Assembly: GCF_028369095.1 (NCBI RefSeq)
Contig: NZ_JAQNDN010000024.1
Location: forward strand, 565,253-629,252
Source of the DNA: Nannocystis radixulma
Lineage (GTDB): Bacteria > Myxococcota_A > Polyangia > Nannocystales > Nannocystaceae
Length of the DNA stretch: 64,000 bases
Reading direction: 5' to 3'
Shown: one piece after another, positions 46,027-56,266 of the stretch
Position numbering within the stretch: the first letter of the stretch is position 1
How the letters are laid out: each line of letters opens with the position of its first letter
Notes under the pieces: model-generated
Seen by the model: only the letters and a program-made list of their open reading frames with translations
What the model was told of the DNA's origin: nothing
The model's database searches: none
Translations under genes and position numbers: made by a program

Positions 46027-49000
46027 ATGAAGGACCTCAGCCGAGCCCGTGAATTAGCCATTGCCCTGTCTCAGTCCCCCGGCACCACCGATCCGGAGTC
46101 GCGCGCCGCGGCGCTCACCAGCGAGCTGGCGCTGCAGTTCGGCCACACCGACGCGAACGGCAAGTCGCTCGGCGGTTATCAAGCGCAGGGCACCCTCGAC
46201 GCGCGCGTCGCGGTGCTCGTATTGCCGGCGGAGACGGTGCGGCAGCTGCTGCCGGCCGGGCTCGAGCTGGCGCCGCAGCCGGTGGTGCCGTCGGGCTGGC
46301 ACCCGGTCTATCTGTTCTTCTCGCACGAGATCTTCCGCGCGTGGTTCGGCACCATGGATTACGAGGAGCTGCTGATCGGCGTCCCGTGGGTGCAGATCAG
46401 CGATCCGAAGGCCGCCTATCCCGGTCCCTTCATCTACATGCCGCGGCTCTACCTCAACGAGCTGCTGCCGTGCGAGCTCGGCGTGCACATGTACGGGTGG
46501 GAGAAGCAGATGGGGACGCTCAACGTCGTCGGCGACGGCTCCCCGAAGGTGCAGTTCACCGTCACGCCCAAGGGCGGCAGCACGCCGGCGGTGACCGGCG
46601 AGTTCACCGAGGTCCCGGGCGTCGGGCCCAAGTCGTCGGCCGACGTGCGCAACTTCCTGATCGTCCGCCAGCTGTTCGAGCAGCCGACGATCTCGCAGGC
46701 GCTTCACATCATCGATCCCAATTCGTTCAACTCGCCGCACGCCGGGCCGTTCCTGGCCGCCAACAACATCCTCCAGGCCGACGACCCGAGTGCCACGATT
46801 CAGCCGCTCGCCGCGACGATTACCATCGGCGCCTCGCTGACCCCGCCGGGCCTCCCGCCGGGCACCTACCGCGTGCCGAGCCTGATCGACGCGGAGCTGG
46901 GCGCGTTCCGGATCCGCTGCCCGCAGGCCATCTCGCTGCCCGGCTCGTGCGCCAAGGCCGACTATCCGCGGCCCCCAGCGACGCGCAAGCTCAGGGTGGC
47001 GGTGCTCGGCGGCGGGCCGGCAGCCTGCACGACTGCGCTGTATCTGGCGCGCCAGACCGACCGCTACGAGGTGTCGCTCTACACCACAGGCTATCGGCTG
47101 GGCGGCAAGTGCCAGTCGTGGCGCAACCCCGACAAGGCCTGGCGCGTCGAGGAGCACGGCCTGCACGCGCTCCTCGGCTTCTATCACAACGCCTTCACCA
47201 CGGTGCAGGACGCCTACCACGACGGCTTCGCCACGCCCGAGATCGGCGACGCGCTGTATCAGCGCGCCTTCTACCAGGAGAAGTACAACGGGCTGATGGT
47301 GCATCACAACGGCGAATGGTCGTACTGCCCGCTGCCGAGCCTGTCGACCGCGGCGTCGTCGACGTCGACCGGGGGCAGCACCGGCGCGCACGCGCTGCTG
47401 GGCGCGGTCGAGGCGCTGGTGCGGCGCACGCTCGATCACTTCAAGGCCATGTCCGACGCCCACGCCGGGCTCGCCGACGCGCTCGAGGCGCACACCTCGG
47501 TGCTGCACCGGCTGCGCAGCGCCATCGTCGGCCTCGTCACGAGCGCGGCGGAGAAGCTGATCGAGACCGGGTTCGGCGGGCTCGACACGGCGATCGGCGG
47601 CGAGGTAGCGAAGATGCGCGACGCCCTGGCCGACCGCGTGCGCGCCGACACCTCGCTGTCGACGTATTTGTGGTTCCTGTGGACCGGCGCCGACACGATG
47701 CTCACCATCTTCATCGGCCTGCTCAAGCACCCGGTCAGCAACCTGTCCGAGCTCGACGCCTACGATTTCCGCGAGTGGCTCAAGGCCAACGGCCTGCACG
47801 AGGCCGCCGGCGAATCGTGGGAGGTCATCAATCAGGTCTACGAGACCCTGTTCGCCCACCAGAACGCCGACCCGCACAAGGACGCCTGCACGCTGCTCGA
47901 CACCGACGTCCGCCCGGCCCATCTGGCGGCCGGCGTGGCCACGCGGTGGTTCCTGCTCGAGAGCCTCGGCTACCACGGCGCTCCGGCCTACCGCTTCGAG
48001 TACAGCTGCGCCCAGACGATGATGACGCCGCTCTACCTGGCGCTCAAGCGGCTCGGCGCCGAGGTCAACTTCTTCCACACCGTCACCGGCCTCGAGCTCG
48101 ACGGCAGCGGCGAGCAGCGCCGGCTCGTGCGCGTGCACCTGCAACGACAGGCCGAGGTCAAGGGCGGCCCGGGCGCCTATTCACCGCTCGTCACGCCCGA
48201 CCTCGCCAACAACCCGCCCGAATTGCACGACTGGCCGCTCGACCCGCACTGGGATCAATTGGTCGACGGCGACTGGTTCAAGGCCCACAACATCGATTTC
48301 CTCAACGCCTGGCGCACCGCCGAGAACACCAGGGCCAAGCCGGTGGTGCTCGAGCACGACAAGGACTTCGATCTCGTGGTGCTCGGCGTCGCGCTCGGCG
48401 CGCTGCCGCTCATCGACTCGCCGCTGACCCAGCCCGCGCGGCCCGACGCCGATCCCCGGTGGAAGCGGATGATCGACGGAATCGCGCTGACGCAGACGCT
48501 GTCGTTCCAGCTGTGGCTGAAGCCGAACGCGGGCGCGCTGTTCAGCGGGGCGCAGCGCGGCCTCTTGACCTGCTACGCCCAGCCCGAGCCGAGCTACGGC
48601 GATTTCACGCCGCTGCTCGCCTACGAGGAGTGGCAGACGGTCAAGCCGCACCTGCTCTCGTACTTCACCGGCGCGTCGGTGGCCGGCCACCCGCCGCTGC
48701 CGCCGGCCTGCGGGCCCGACTATCCCGAGCGGATCCAGGCCCAGTGGGAGGCCAAGGTCCAGCAGTGGCTCGGCGACAACTACCTCGCGTTCTACGACGG
48801 CACGGGCACGCCGCGCAGCTTCGCCGGCTTCCTCGACGCTCTCGTGGTCGAAGGCGAGCCGCTCGAGGGTCCGGCGCGGCTGGCCTGGCAGCATTTGATC
48901 GCCGACGTCCAGCCGTCGAACCTCTACGTGTTGAGCCAGCCCGGCTCGACTGCGCTCCGGCTCGGACAGGCCGAGTCGGGGGTGCGCGGCCTCCTGCTGT

Positions 49001-49122
49001 GCGGCGACTGGACCCGCACCGATCTCAATTGCGGCTGCGTCGAGGCCGCCACCACCTCGGGCATGCTGGCGGCACGTGCGATCAGCACGGAACCGCGCAC
49101 CGTCTGGCGGCCGGGGTTCTGA
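46027..49122 (+). CDS. large FAD/NAD(P)-binding amine-oxidase/desaturase-like oxidoreductase with ~330-aa N-terminal domain of unknown function
   Basis: RBS AGGAGC before ATG 46027. Dinucleotide-binding motif LRVAVLGGGPAACTTALYL at about residue 335. C-terminal GDWTRTDLNCGCVEAATTSGMLAARAI is an amine-oxidase-like end motif. Confidence 0.7.
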   Translation: MKDLSRARELAIALSQSPGTTDPESRAAALTSELALQFGHTDANGKSLGGYQAQGTLDARVAVLVLPAETVRQLLPAGLELAPQPVVPSGWHPVYLFFSHEIFRAWFGTMDYEELLIGVPWVQISDPKAAYPGPFIYMPRLYLNELLPCELGVHMYGWEKQMGTLNVVGDGSPKVQFTVTPKGGSTPAVTGEFTEVPGVGPKSSADVRNFLIVRQLFEQPTISQALHIIDPNSFNSPHAGPFLAANNILQADDPSATIQPLAATITIGASLTPPGLPPGTYRVPSLIDAELGAFRIRCPQAISLPGSCAKADYPRPPATRKLRVAVLGGGPAACTTALYLARQTDRYEVSLYTTGYRLGGKCQSWRNPDKAWRVEEHGLHALLGFYHNAFTTVQDAYHDGFATPEIGDALYQRAFYQEKYNGLMVHHNGEWSYCPLPSLSTAASSTSTGGSTGAHALLGAVEALVRRTLDHFKAMSDAHAGLADALEAHTSVLHRLRSAIVGLVTSAAEKLIETGFGGLDTAIGGEVAKMRDALADRVRADTSLSTYLWFLWTGADTMLTIFIGLLKHPVSNLSELDAYDFREWLKANGLHEAAGESWEVINQVYETLFAHQNADPHKDACTLLDTDVRPAHLAAGVATRWFLLESLGYHGAPAYRFEYSCAQTMMTPLYLALKRLGAEVNFFHTVTGLELDGSGEQRRLVRVHLQRQAEVKGGPGAYSPLVTPDLANNPPELHDWPLDPHWDQLVDGDWFKAHNIDFLNAWRTAENTRAKPVVLEHDKDFDLVVLGVALGALPLIDSPLTQPARPDADPRWKRMIDGIALTQTLSFQLWLKPNAGALFSGAQRGLLTCYAQPEPSYGDFTPLLAYEEWQTVKPHLLSYFTGASVAGHPPLPPACGPDYPERIQAQWEAKVQQWLGDNYLAFYDGTGTPRSFAGFLDALVVEGEPLEGPARLAWQHLIADVQPSNLYVLSQPGSTALRLGQAESGVRGLLLCGDWTRTDLNCGCVEAATTSGMLAARAISTEPRTVWRPGF

Positions 49123-49144
49123 GGCGATCGCAGGAGACAATGTC

Positions 49145-51151
49145 ATGACCGACGATCGCACCAGCAACGAAATCGAATCTGCCGACGCCACCGTCGCGGC
49201 GACCCGCGCCACCCCCCAGACCAATTGGTCGGACACCGTCACGTTCACGCCGGCGACCTACGCCGAGCCGCGCTGCCTCACCGAGCTGCGCGAGGTCGTG
49301 CGCCTGGCCCACGCCGCGCGCCGGCAGGTCCGCCCCCGCGGCAGCGGCCATTCGTGGAACGATGCGATCGTCACCGCCGATTGCTCGGTCAACACCAGCA
49401 AGCTGACCCCCGCCAACAAGCACGCGTGCGTGTGCAATACGCTCGGCACGGCCGCTCGCAATTGCATGGAGGTCACCGACGAGCTCGTGACCGGCGTCGA
49501 CGGCCGCAAGTACCACCGGATCGGGGTGCCGGCCGGGATGTGCCAGGGCGACTTCGCCAACCTGGCCCAGCGCCTCGGCGCGCCGCTGCCGACCCAGGGC
49601 CCGGCGCCCGACATCACGCTGAGCGGCTTCGTCGCCAACGGCTGCCACGGCACCGGCTGGTCGGAGCCGACGATCGCCGAATTGGTGTACGGCCTCGACC
49701 TGGTGGCGCCTGACGGCCGCGTGCTGTCGTTCACCGCCGACTCGATCCCGCCCGGCTTCGAGAGCCTCGGGCTCGGCGCGGCCGAGCTGATGAACGTGGT
49801 GCGGGTGAGTCAGGGCGCGCTCGGGGTGCTGGCGCGGATCGTGTTCCAGCTGCCGGCCGAGCCGTTCAACCTGCGGGTCACCAATCAGTTCGTGCCGGTC
49901 ACCGACGTGTTCGACCGCGCCGATCCGTCGAAGCTGCAGCGGCTGATCGAGGGCCACGATTACGTCGAGATCTTCTGGTTCCCCTACAACAACTACAAGA
50001 TGCACTGGCTCACCCCGGTGCCCGCCGGGCCGGAGAAGGACACGCTGTGGGTGATGGCCTTCGATCGCACCAGCGATCCGGTCAGCGCCGACGCCGGCTT
50101 CGTCGAGCTGTGGAACGACGTGTTCGGGGTGCTGGCGCTGGCGGGCGGGGCCATCGGCCCGCTCGTCGACGCCCACCCGAAGGTCGTGCCGGCGATGTCG
50201 AGCTTCGCGCTGAAGACGATGAAGTGGAAGAACCACTTCAGCGACCCGGTCGTGCTCACCCCGCCCGACGCGTTTCTTTATCAGAAGCACTACTTCCGCA
50301 ACTTCCTCGACCTCGAGTTCACGATGCCGATGCAGGGCGACCAGGGCTTCGCCGACATCGTCGCCGCGTTCTACCAGTTGGTCGACCGCATGGAGGCGTG
50401 GCGCAGCGGCAGCGAGGGGAACATGCCGTACCCGATCAACCTCAACGCTCACGCCCGCTTCGTCCGCAACAGCCAGGCGACGCTGTCGCCCGCCTACGCG
50501 GCAGCGGGCTCGTCGCAGCACACCTGCTACTTCGAGTACCTGAGCTATTCGCACGGCTCGCTCACCAAAACGTACGACGCCTTCAACGGCGAGTTCTACA
50601 GCGAGGCGCACGGGCTCGGGTGGAAGAAGTGGGGCGGCCTGCCCAATTGGGGCAAGGACCTCGGCAGCGTGCCGGGCATCGACGAGTACGTACACGCGAT
50701 CCTGGCCGCGAAGCCAGGCGCCGCGCCGAGCCGGCTCGAGCAATTCCTGGCGGTGCGCGACCGCATCGACCCCGACGGCGCGACGTTCACCAACGCGTAC
50801 CTGCGCGGCTTCTTCCTCGGCCGCGCGACGTCGCACGTGCTGCGCGGCGCGCCTGCCTCGAGCTACCCGGAGATGCCCGCCCAGCCGGCCCGCCGCAGCT
50901 TCTCGCTGGCGAACGTGAGCCACACGAGCCCGAACGAGCCGATGCGGGCCCAGGGCATGGAGCTGTACCACGACCTCGCCGCCGGCGCGGCGTTCCTCGT
51001 CAACGAGCACGGCGAGGTCAACCTGCTGGCGCTCGAGCACGACCCGGCGACCGGGACGCTGCATTACACGGTGGCCGCGCCGTCGCGCCACCTCGGGTTC
51101 GAGGAGATCCTCGATCGCGTGGCGCTGTTCCACGGGCGACCGGCGGCGTGA
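49145..51151 (+). CDS. FAD-linked oxidase, VAO/ALO family (putative covalent-FAD His)
   Basis: RBS AGGAGA before ATG 49145. RPRGSGHSWN (GxGHS flavinylation-type motif). C-terminal ALO-like segment with PNWGK. Confidence 0.8.
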   Translation: MTDDRTSNEIESADATVAATRATPQTNWSDTVTFTPATYAEPRCLTELREVVRLAHAARRQVRPRGSGHSWNDAIVTADCSVNTSKLTPANKHACVCNTLGTAARNCMEVTDELVTGVDGRKYHRIGVPAGMCQGDFANLAQRLGAPLPTQGPAPDITLSGFVANGCHGTGWSEPTIAELVYGLDLVAPDGRVLSFTADSIPPGFESLGLGAAELMNVVRVSQGALGVLARIVFQLPAEPFNLRVTNQFVPVTDVFDRADPSKLQRLIEGHDYVEIFWFPYNNYKMHWLTPVPAGPEKDTLWVMAFDRTSDPVSADAGFVELWNDVFGVLALAGGAIGPLVDAHPKVVPAMSSFALKTMKWKNHFSDPVVLTPPDAFLYQKHYFRNFLDLEFTMPMQGDQGFADIVAAFYQLVDRMEAWRSGSEGNMPYPINLNAHARFVRNSQATLSPAYAAAGSSQHTCYFEYLSYSHGSLTKTYDAFNGEFYSEAHGLGWKKWGGLPNWGKDLGSVPGIDEYVHAILAAKPGAAPSRLEQFLAVRDRIDPDGATFTNAYLRGFFLGRATSHVLRGAPASSYPEMPAQPARRSFSLANVSHTSPNEPMRAQGMELYHDLAAGAAFLVNEHGEVNLLALEHDPATGTLHYTVAAPSRHLGFEEILDRVALFHGRPAA

Positions 51152-51364
51152 CGCGAGCACCGGCGCGCGCGGCGATGCTGGCGCGCGCCGGTGTGGTGAT
51201 TGGATGCATCGCCGTCCGCGTCGACAATGATGTCCTATGATCATAGCGGTGACGGGTCCGTGGACGGCCGGTGCGCATCGGCGCGCGCAGGACTCGCCAG
51301 CGCCGTGGCCGCCGGGGCTCGACCGCACGAATCGTCGGCCGCCTCCGCGCGTTCGCCTCACGGC

Positions 51365-51667
51365 ATGCCTCCCGTCCGGCCCGCGCTCCTCCTCGCCCTC
51401 GTCCTCGCGGCCTGTGCCCATCGCGGCGCCTCTCCGGAGGTCCAGGACGCGCCGGACCCCCCGGCGACGACGCTGGAGACCCGCGAGGACGCGGCCGAGC
51501 CCGCAGCGCCTGCCCCCACGAAGGCGGGCGCGACCGCGCAGGTGATCACGTTCAGCGGCGACGACGCCGACCCCGAGCCGCCGACGCAGATCCGCAGCCC
51601 GCCGAAGCGGCCGCCGATCCCGAGCTTCCAGCTGTTCGGCACGCGGCCCAGCGACGGGCCGCAGTGA
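51365..51667 (+). CDS. small Pro-rich lipoprotein (100 aa)
   Basis: ATG 51365. Lipobox LVLAAC-AHRG. Confidence 0.4.
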   Translation: MPPVRPALLLALVLAACAHRGASPEVQDAPDPPATTLETREDAAEPAAPAPTKAGATAQVITFSGDDADPEPPTQIRSPPKRPPIPSFQLFGTRPSDGPQ

Positions 51668-51909
51668 ATGGCCGCGGAGCACGAGCTCCGGACGAACCTC
51701 GCCATTCGTCCGCGCACGCGCCGGCGGATTCAAAGAGACATGTCAGAACAATGGCAAGCGTTCTGTCTACCGCGTCGTGACGGCCTCGGCCTCGCTCCGG
51801 ACCGGTCGCGCGAGGCCGAGGCGTCACCGGCGAGGAGCGCCCGAGTCGTGCGCGCGTCGGGGATGCGCGCGCGGCTGTCTCGCGTGAGCGCCCACGGCGA
51901 GCGCCCGGC

Positions 51910-53208
51910 TCACTTCAGCAGGAAGGCGACGAGCGCCGAGCCGGCCGACGGGAAACCGGTCAGGAGCACCGGGCCGCTGTCGAGGCGCACGGCCGCGCCT
52001 GCCACGATCGGCGAGGGGAGCTCGGGGCCGGGGGTGAGGGTGTTGGTCGTCGGCTCGTAGAATTGCGTGAGCGTGAACGGGTCCTCCCGCGAGCCGGGCG
52101 CGCCGACGATCCACACCCGGCCGTCGGCGAGCAGGACGCCGTGCGGTGTCTTGTCGAAGCGGACGGCCGGGTCCGCCAGCGTCTGCAGCGGGATCATCGT
52201 CTCCGTCTCGACGTCGAAGCGGACCAGCCACGGGCCGGGGTCGGAGGAGTGGCCGCCGTGGCCGAGCAACAGGATGTCCCCGTCGGGCAGGGGCAGGGCC
52301 TGGCGGTCGAAGCTGCTCTGGTCGGCGGCGTCGTCGGTGATCTGGCGGCTCGTGCCGGCGTCGAGGTCGGCGATCTCGGGCCCCTTGGGGAAGTAGGTCG
52401 CGTCCGAGCCGTTGGAAGCGATGCCGCCGAACAGGAGGACCTCGCCGCCCGGGAGCCGGGCGGCCGCGAACAGCGGGGCAAAGTAGTGGCTGAAGTAGCC
52501 GAACTCCGTCTCGACCGGGAGCGGCGTCGTGACACCCGTGGCCGGGTTGAACCGCTCGGCGAGCGGGCTGTCGTCGCCGAGCGCGACGATCGTCCCGCCG
52601 GGCTCGACGATCGTCTTCCCTGCGATGCGTCCGACCGTCAGCGACCCGACGACCGCGACCGTCGCGCCATCGGCGGCGATGTGCTCGATCTCGAAGACGT
52701 CGACATCCGTGAAGTCGGTCGAGCTGCTCCCACCGAGCACGAGCACGCCGCCGTCCGGTGCGGGGGCGCTGTTGTGATAGGAGCGCGGGTGGAGCAGCGC
52801 GGGCCCGGGCGCGAAGCCGCCGTCGACCGTGAACACCTCCGTCGCCGGGACCTGTTCGAAGCTCTTGTTCTCTCCCTTGCCGTGGACGATGTTGCCGCCG
52901 ATCAAGAGCGCGCGCCCGCCGGGCAGCGTCCCCAGCGTAAACCCGAAAAAGCGCGGCGAGGGGGCGGCGAGCGCGACGACCTCGTCCATGTAGACGTAGG
53001 GCTCGTCGATCCCCGCGGTCGTGGTCGCCTCCGTGGGCGTGCCGGTCGTCGCGCTGGTGGTCGTCTCAGTGGTCCCCTCGACGTCGTCGGTCGTCGCACC
53101 GTCGCCGGTCGCCGGCTCGGTGTCGGCCCCCTTCGGCCCGCAGGCCAGAGACAGCAGCAAGACGGTGCAGCCCAGGTGAGTGCGAGCGAAGCAGACGTTC
53201 GAAGCCAT
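51910..53208 (-). CDS. beta-propeller (Kelch/galactose-oxidase-like) repeat lipoprotein
   Basis: Lipobox LLSLAC-GPKG. T/E/G linker. Repeated GG...LLLGG / VLVLGG / VLLFGG blade motifs. Confidence 0.6.
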   Translation of the reverse strand: MASNVCFARTHLGCTVLLLSLACGPKGADTEPATGDGATTDDVEGTTETTTSATTGTPTEATTTAGIDEPYVYMDEVVALAAPSPRFFGFTLGTLPGGRALLIGGNIVHGKGENKSFEQVPATEVFTVDGGFAPGPALLHPRSYHNSAPAPDGGVLVLGGSSSTDFTDVDVFEIEHIAADGATVAVVGSLTVGRIAGKTIVEPGGTIVALGDDSPLAERFNPATGVTTPLPVETEFGYFSHYFAPLFAAARLPGGEVLLFGGIASNGSDATYFPKGPEIADLDAGTSRQITDDAADQSSFDRQALPLPDGDILLLGHGGHSSDPGPWLVRFDVETETMIPLQTLADPAVRFDKTPHGVLLADGRVWIVGAPGSREDPFTLTQFYEPTTNTLTPGPELPSPIVAGAAVRLDSGPVLLTGFPSAGSALVAFLLK

Positions 53209-53405
53209 CCGGAGAGCCTAGCACGGCACACCGCGGGTCGGCGGCGCATACGGGACCGGGCTCGTTGACGGCGCCGTCGCAGTCCTCGTCGACAGCGCGC
53301 GCGACCCATCGTCGAGGCGCCGTCTCGACCGACCCGCACGCTCCGCGATCGTGCGCGCGAGCGACGGTCCCCTTGTCCTCACCGAGACCCTGGCGCTCTT
53401 TGAGG

Positions 53406-54737
53406 CTACGGGACGGCGATGACGCGGACGATGCCGGTGGGCAAGCCACCCTGATCTCCCCAGCCGGCGACCACCGGGGCGCCGGAGGGCAGGACGGCGA
53501 GGTCTTCCCAGCGCCAGGCGGTGTCGACAACGGCCCACATGAACGCGCCACCGGCGGCGTCGAGGGCGTACAGCAGCGAGCTGATCGAGCTCTGCGACTG
53601 CGCCTGGGTGGCGAAGTACAGCATGCCGGTCGGCGAAAGCGCGAGGCCGCCGGCGCTGTCCGAGGCCGAGGCGCCGGCGATCGCGTCGAGCTCGGTGCGC
53701 CACAGTTCGTCGCCCTCGGGGCTCAACTTCGCGACCCACAAGCGCAGCGTCTCGCCGTCGTCGGCACTGCCGGCGACGTGGACGTCACCGGACGGATCGG
53801 CGGCGACGTGCAGCCACACGGTCGGCTGCGGGCGCTTCCACAGCAACTGGCCGGACGGGTCGATCTTCCACACCGCGCCGTCGCCGTTGCCATTGCCGAG
53901 GGCCCCCACGCCGGCGATGAAGGTGTTGCCGGCCGCGTCGACGGCGAGCGTGAAGCCGGCGGCGTCCGGCTGCTGCCAGGTCCACTGCACGTTCCCGGCA
54001 GCGTCGAGGCGTCGCACCCAGGCGGAGGAGGTGCCGGCCTCGCCGCCGACGTACCACGACGCGGACGGCCCGAGCGCGACGCCCTGAGCGCGCGTGTAGT
54101 CGCCGAGGACCCACGAGGCGGCGTCGATCGGCGCGGCGAATTCGTCGACGCGCGCGACCCATGCATCGCCGGAGATGTCGTCGTAAGTGTCGCCGCCCGC
54201 GGCGTGGAGCACCCCGTCGGCGCCGACGGCGAGCGCCTGCACGGAGACGCCGATCGCCGGCTCGTCGGGGACGAGGGTCCAGACTTCTTCAGTCGTGTCG
54301 GTCAGCCGTGCGAGCCACGGCTCGATCGTCGGTGACACCTGCGAACCACCGACGGCGATCCAGCCGGCCGGCGCGACCGCGACCGCGCGAGGCATCACGC
54401 CCGGGAACAGCTGCTCGAGCCCACCGGTCGGCACGGTGCAGTCGGGCTCGCAGCCGTCGCCGGGGTCGAGGTTGCCGTCGTCGCAGGCCTCGTCGGGGTC
54501 GAGGTTGCCGTCGCCGCACGCCGGCGCGGGCGCGCCGGTCGTGACGGTCGGAGGTTCGGTGCAATCGTCGCAGGCGCCGGTCGTCGGGTCAGCCGTGCTC
54601 GTCGGGTCGGCCGAGGTCGCCGGTGTGTTCGTGGCGGCGACGGTGCTGCTCCCGCCGTCGCTGTCGTCGCCGGACGGGGTGGGACCACACGCGCCGATGA
54701 GCAGCGCGAGGCACAGGGACGAGCTCGGGGATCGCAT
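53406..54737 (-). CDS. lipoprotein with Myxococcus-type cysteine-rich repeats and beta-propeller domain
   Basis: ATG at complement 54735-54737. Lipobox LLIGAC-GP. Two CGDGNLDPDEACDDGN / DPGDGCEPDC repeats. W-rich propeller blades. Confidence 0.7.
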   Translation of the reverse strand: MRSPSSSLCLALLIGACGPTPSGDDSDGGSSTVAATNTPATSADPTSTADPTTGACDDCTEPPTVTTGAPAPACGDGNLDPDEACDDGNLDPGDGCEPDCTVPTGGLEQLFPGVMPRAVAVAPAGWIAVGGSQVSPTIEPWLARLTDTTEEVWTLVPDEPAIGVSVQALAVGADGVLHAAGGDTYDDISGDAWVARVDEFAAPIDAASWVLGDYTRAQGVALGPSASWYVGGEAGTSSAWVRRLDAAGNVQWTWQQPDAAGFTLAVDAAGNTFIAGVGALGNGNGDGAVWKIDPSGQLLWKRPQPTVWLHVAADPSGDVHVAGSADDGETLRLWVAKLSPEGDELWRTELDAIAGASASDSAGGLALSPTGMLYFATQAQSQSSISSLLYALDAAGGAFMWAVVDTAWRWEDLAVLPSGAPVVAGWGDQGGLPTGIVRVIAVP

Positions 54738-55035
54738 GCGAGGATGGTAGCCCGTAGCGAACCGCGTCATCCACGGACGTCCGACGCCGGCGAGGTCGCG
54801 CGCGGCGTCACGGGCGGTAGAAGTCGATGCGTAAACTGTTGCCATCAGGCCCCCGCGCGGCTGCCGCCCTCGAGTGCCGGGTTGGCCCCGGCGGCCTCGT
54901 TGGAAAGCGTCACGACCGCGCATTCGAGCGTCACCTGAGCCGCATCGTTGTAATCTGAGCCGGCTCTCCCGTCACGACGCCGTTCGTCGAACAGATACGA
55001 ACAATGTCCTTCGGGACATATGACCTGGAGTGCGC

Positions 55036-55848
55036 TCAGTCGACGGTGAGCGTCGCGGGGTCGAAGTGGCGGCCCATGATCGCCTCCCCCTGCATGTCGC
55101 AAGCACGGCCGCGTGCGGTCACCCGCTTGCCATCGAGCTCGCGGTACACGCCGCGCGCCCCGTAGTTCAGGATCCAGCGCTCGCCGTCGCCGGCGACCAG
55201 GCGCGCACCGTCGATGCCCTTGCCAAACGGTTCTACGACGAGCACGCCCTTCAATTCGACGATGTCCCCGTGCGGCAGGCACTCCGAACCGCCCTCGTAG
55301 CTGCCGGAGACGTCGTGGCTCGCCGCAATTGCCGACGGAGCGTTCGCTGAGGTCGGGCCGGTGAGCGTGAACGCGGGCCCGGTGAAGCGCTGCGTACCGT
55401 CGCAGCTCGTCAGGACGAAGCGGTGTGTGCCGGCTGCATAGGGGTTCTTCTTGCAATCGGTCGCCTCGGGGCATTGCCCGGAGCACAGCCATCCGCTCCA
55501 CGCAGGCGGTCGCAACCGTGCTCCCGGCTCGATCCGTACGCACCGCGGAGCGGGCCGTCCGCACGCCTCGATGAGCTCCACGGGCGACTCGGGGCCCGCG
55601 GCCCAGGCGCCCGAGTTCATCGACTCGATCGCCACCGTCGACAGGAGTTCGATCGGGGCGCTGCCGATGTTCGTCACCTCGAAGGCTCCCGGCGGCTCGA
55701 GGTTGGTCAAGGTGACGCCGGCGGACTCCACGGCGCCGGACACCGGCTGCCGGGAAGTTGCAGGCGTGGCGTGCGGGCAGGCCGTGATGATGGCCGCGGC
55801 GACGAGCACGAAGGCGGTGGTGGTGAGCTGCGGACGACGGATGTCCAT
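55036..55848 (-). CDS. lipoprotein, unknown function (270 aa)
   Basis: ATG at complement 55846-55848. Lipobox AAIITAC-PHA. The ORF-track start at 55929 is TTG. Confidence 0.55.
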   Translation of the reverse strand: MDIRRPQLTTTAFVLVAAAIITACPHATPATSRQPVSGAVESAGVTLTNLEPPGAFEVTNIGSAPIELLSTVAIESMNSGAWAAGPESPVELIEACGRPAPRCVRIEPGARLRPPAWSGWLCSGQCPEATDCKKNPYAAGTHRFVLTSCDGTQRFTGPAFTLTGPTSANAPSAIAASHDVSGSYEGGSECLPHGDIVELKGVLVVEPFGKGIDGARLVAGDGERWILNYGARGVYRELDGKRVTARGRACDMQGEAIMGRHFDPATLTVD

Positions 55849-56266
55849 GGTGAGCAGCACTGGAAACGCTACCGCGAGGCTCACCATTTCAGGACCATCA
55901 GCACCGGGCGATGCCGCCCCTCGACGCAATACTCACGGACAGTGCCTGGGGTCCCGCCACGAAGGTCGTTGACGGCCTCGTCACTCGGGCATCGCTCGGC
56001 GCGATGCCGGCCGCCGGACCGAGCCGCGCCCGGCCCATCGACGAGGTCAGCGGTGCGCTCCAGGACCCCGTCGGCGTCTCGTCGCTACATCCTCGCTGGG
56101 ACTGTCACGGCGGTCGGCGGCATGGTCCGCGCGTGCGTCGATGCGGCGGGCCCATTGATAGGACGCGCCAATGCATGGACCGTGACGAAAATCGCGCGCC
56201 GCCTGCCGATGGTGATGGCCTCGCCTGCTGTCCCGAACTGCCGCCGCTCCGGTATGGTGAGGCGAC

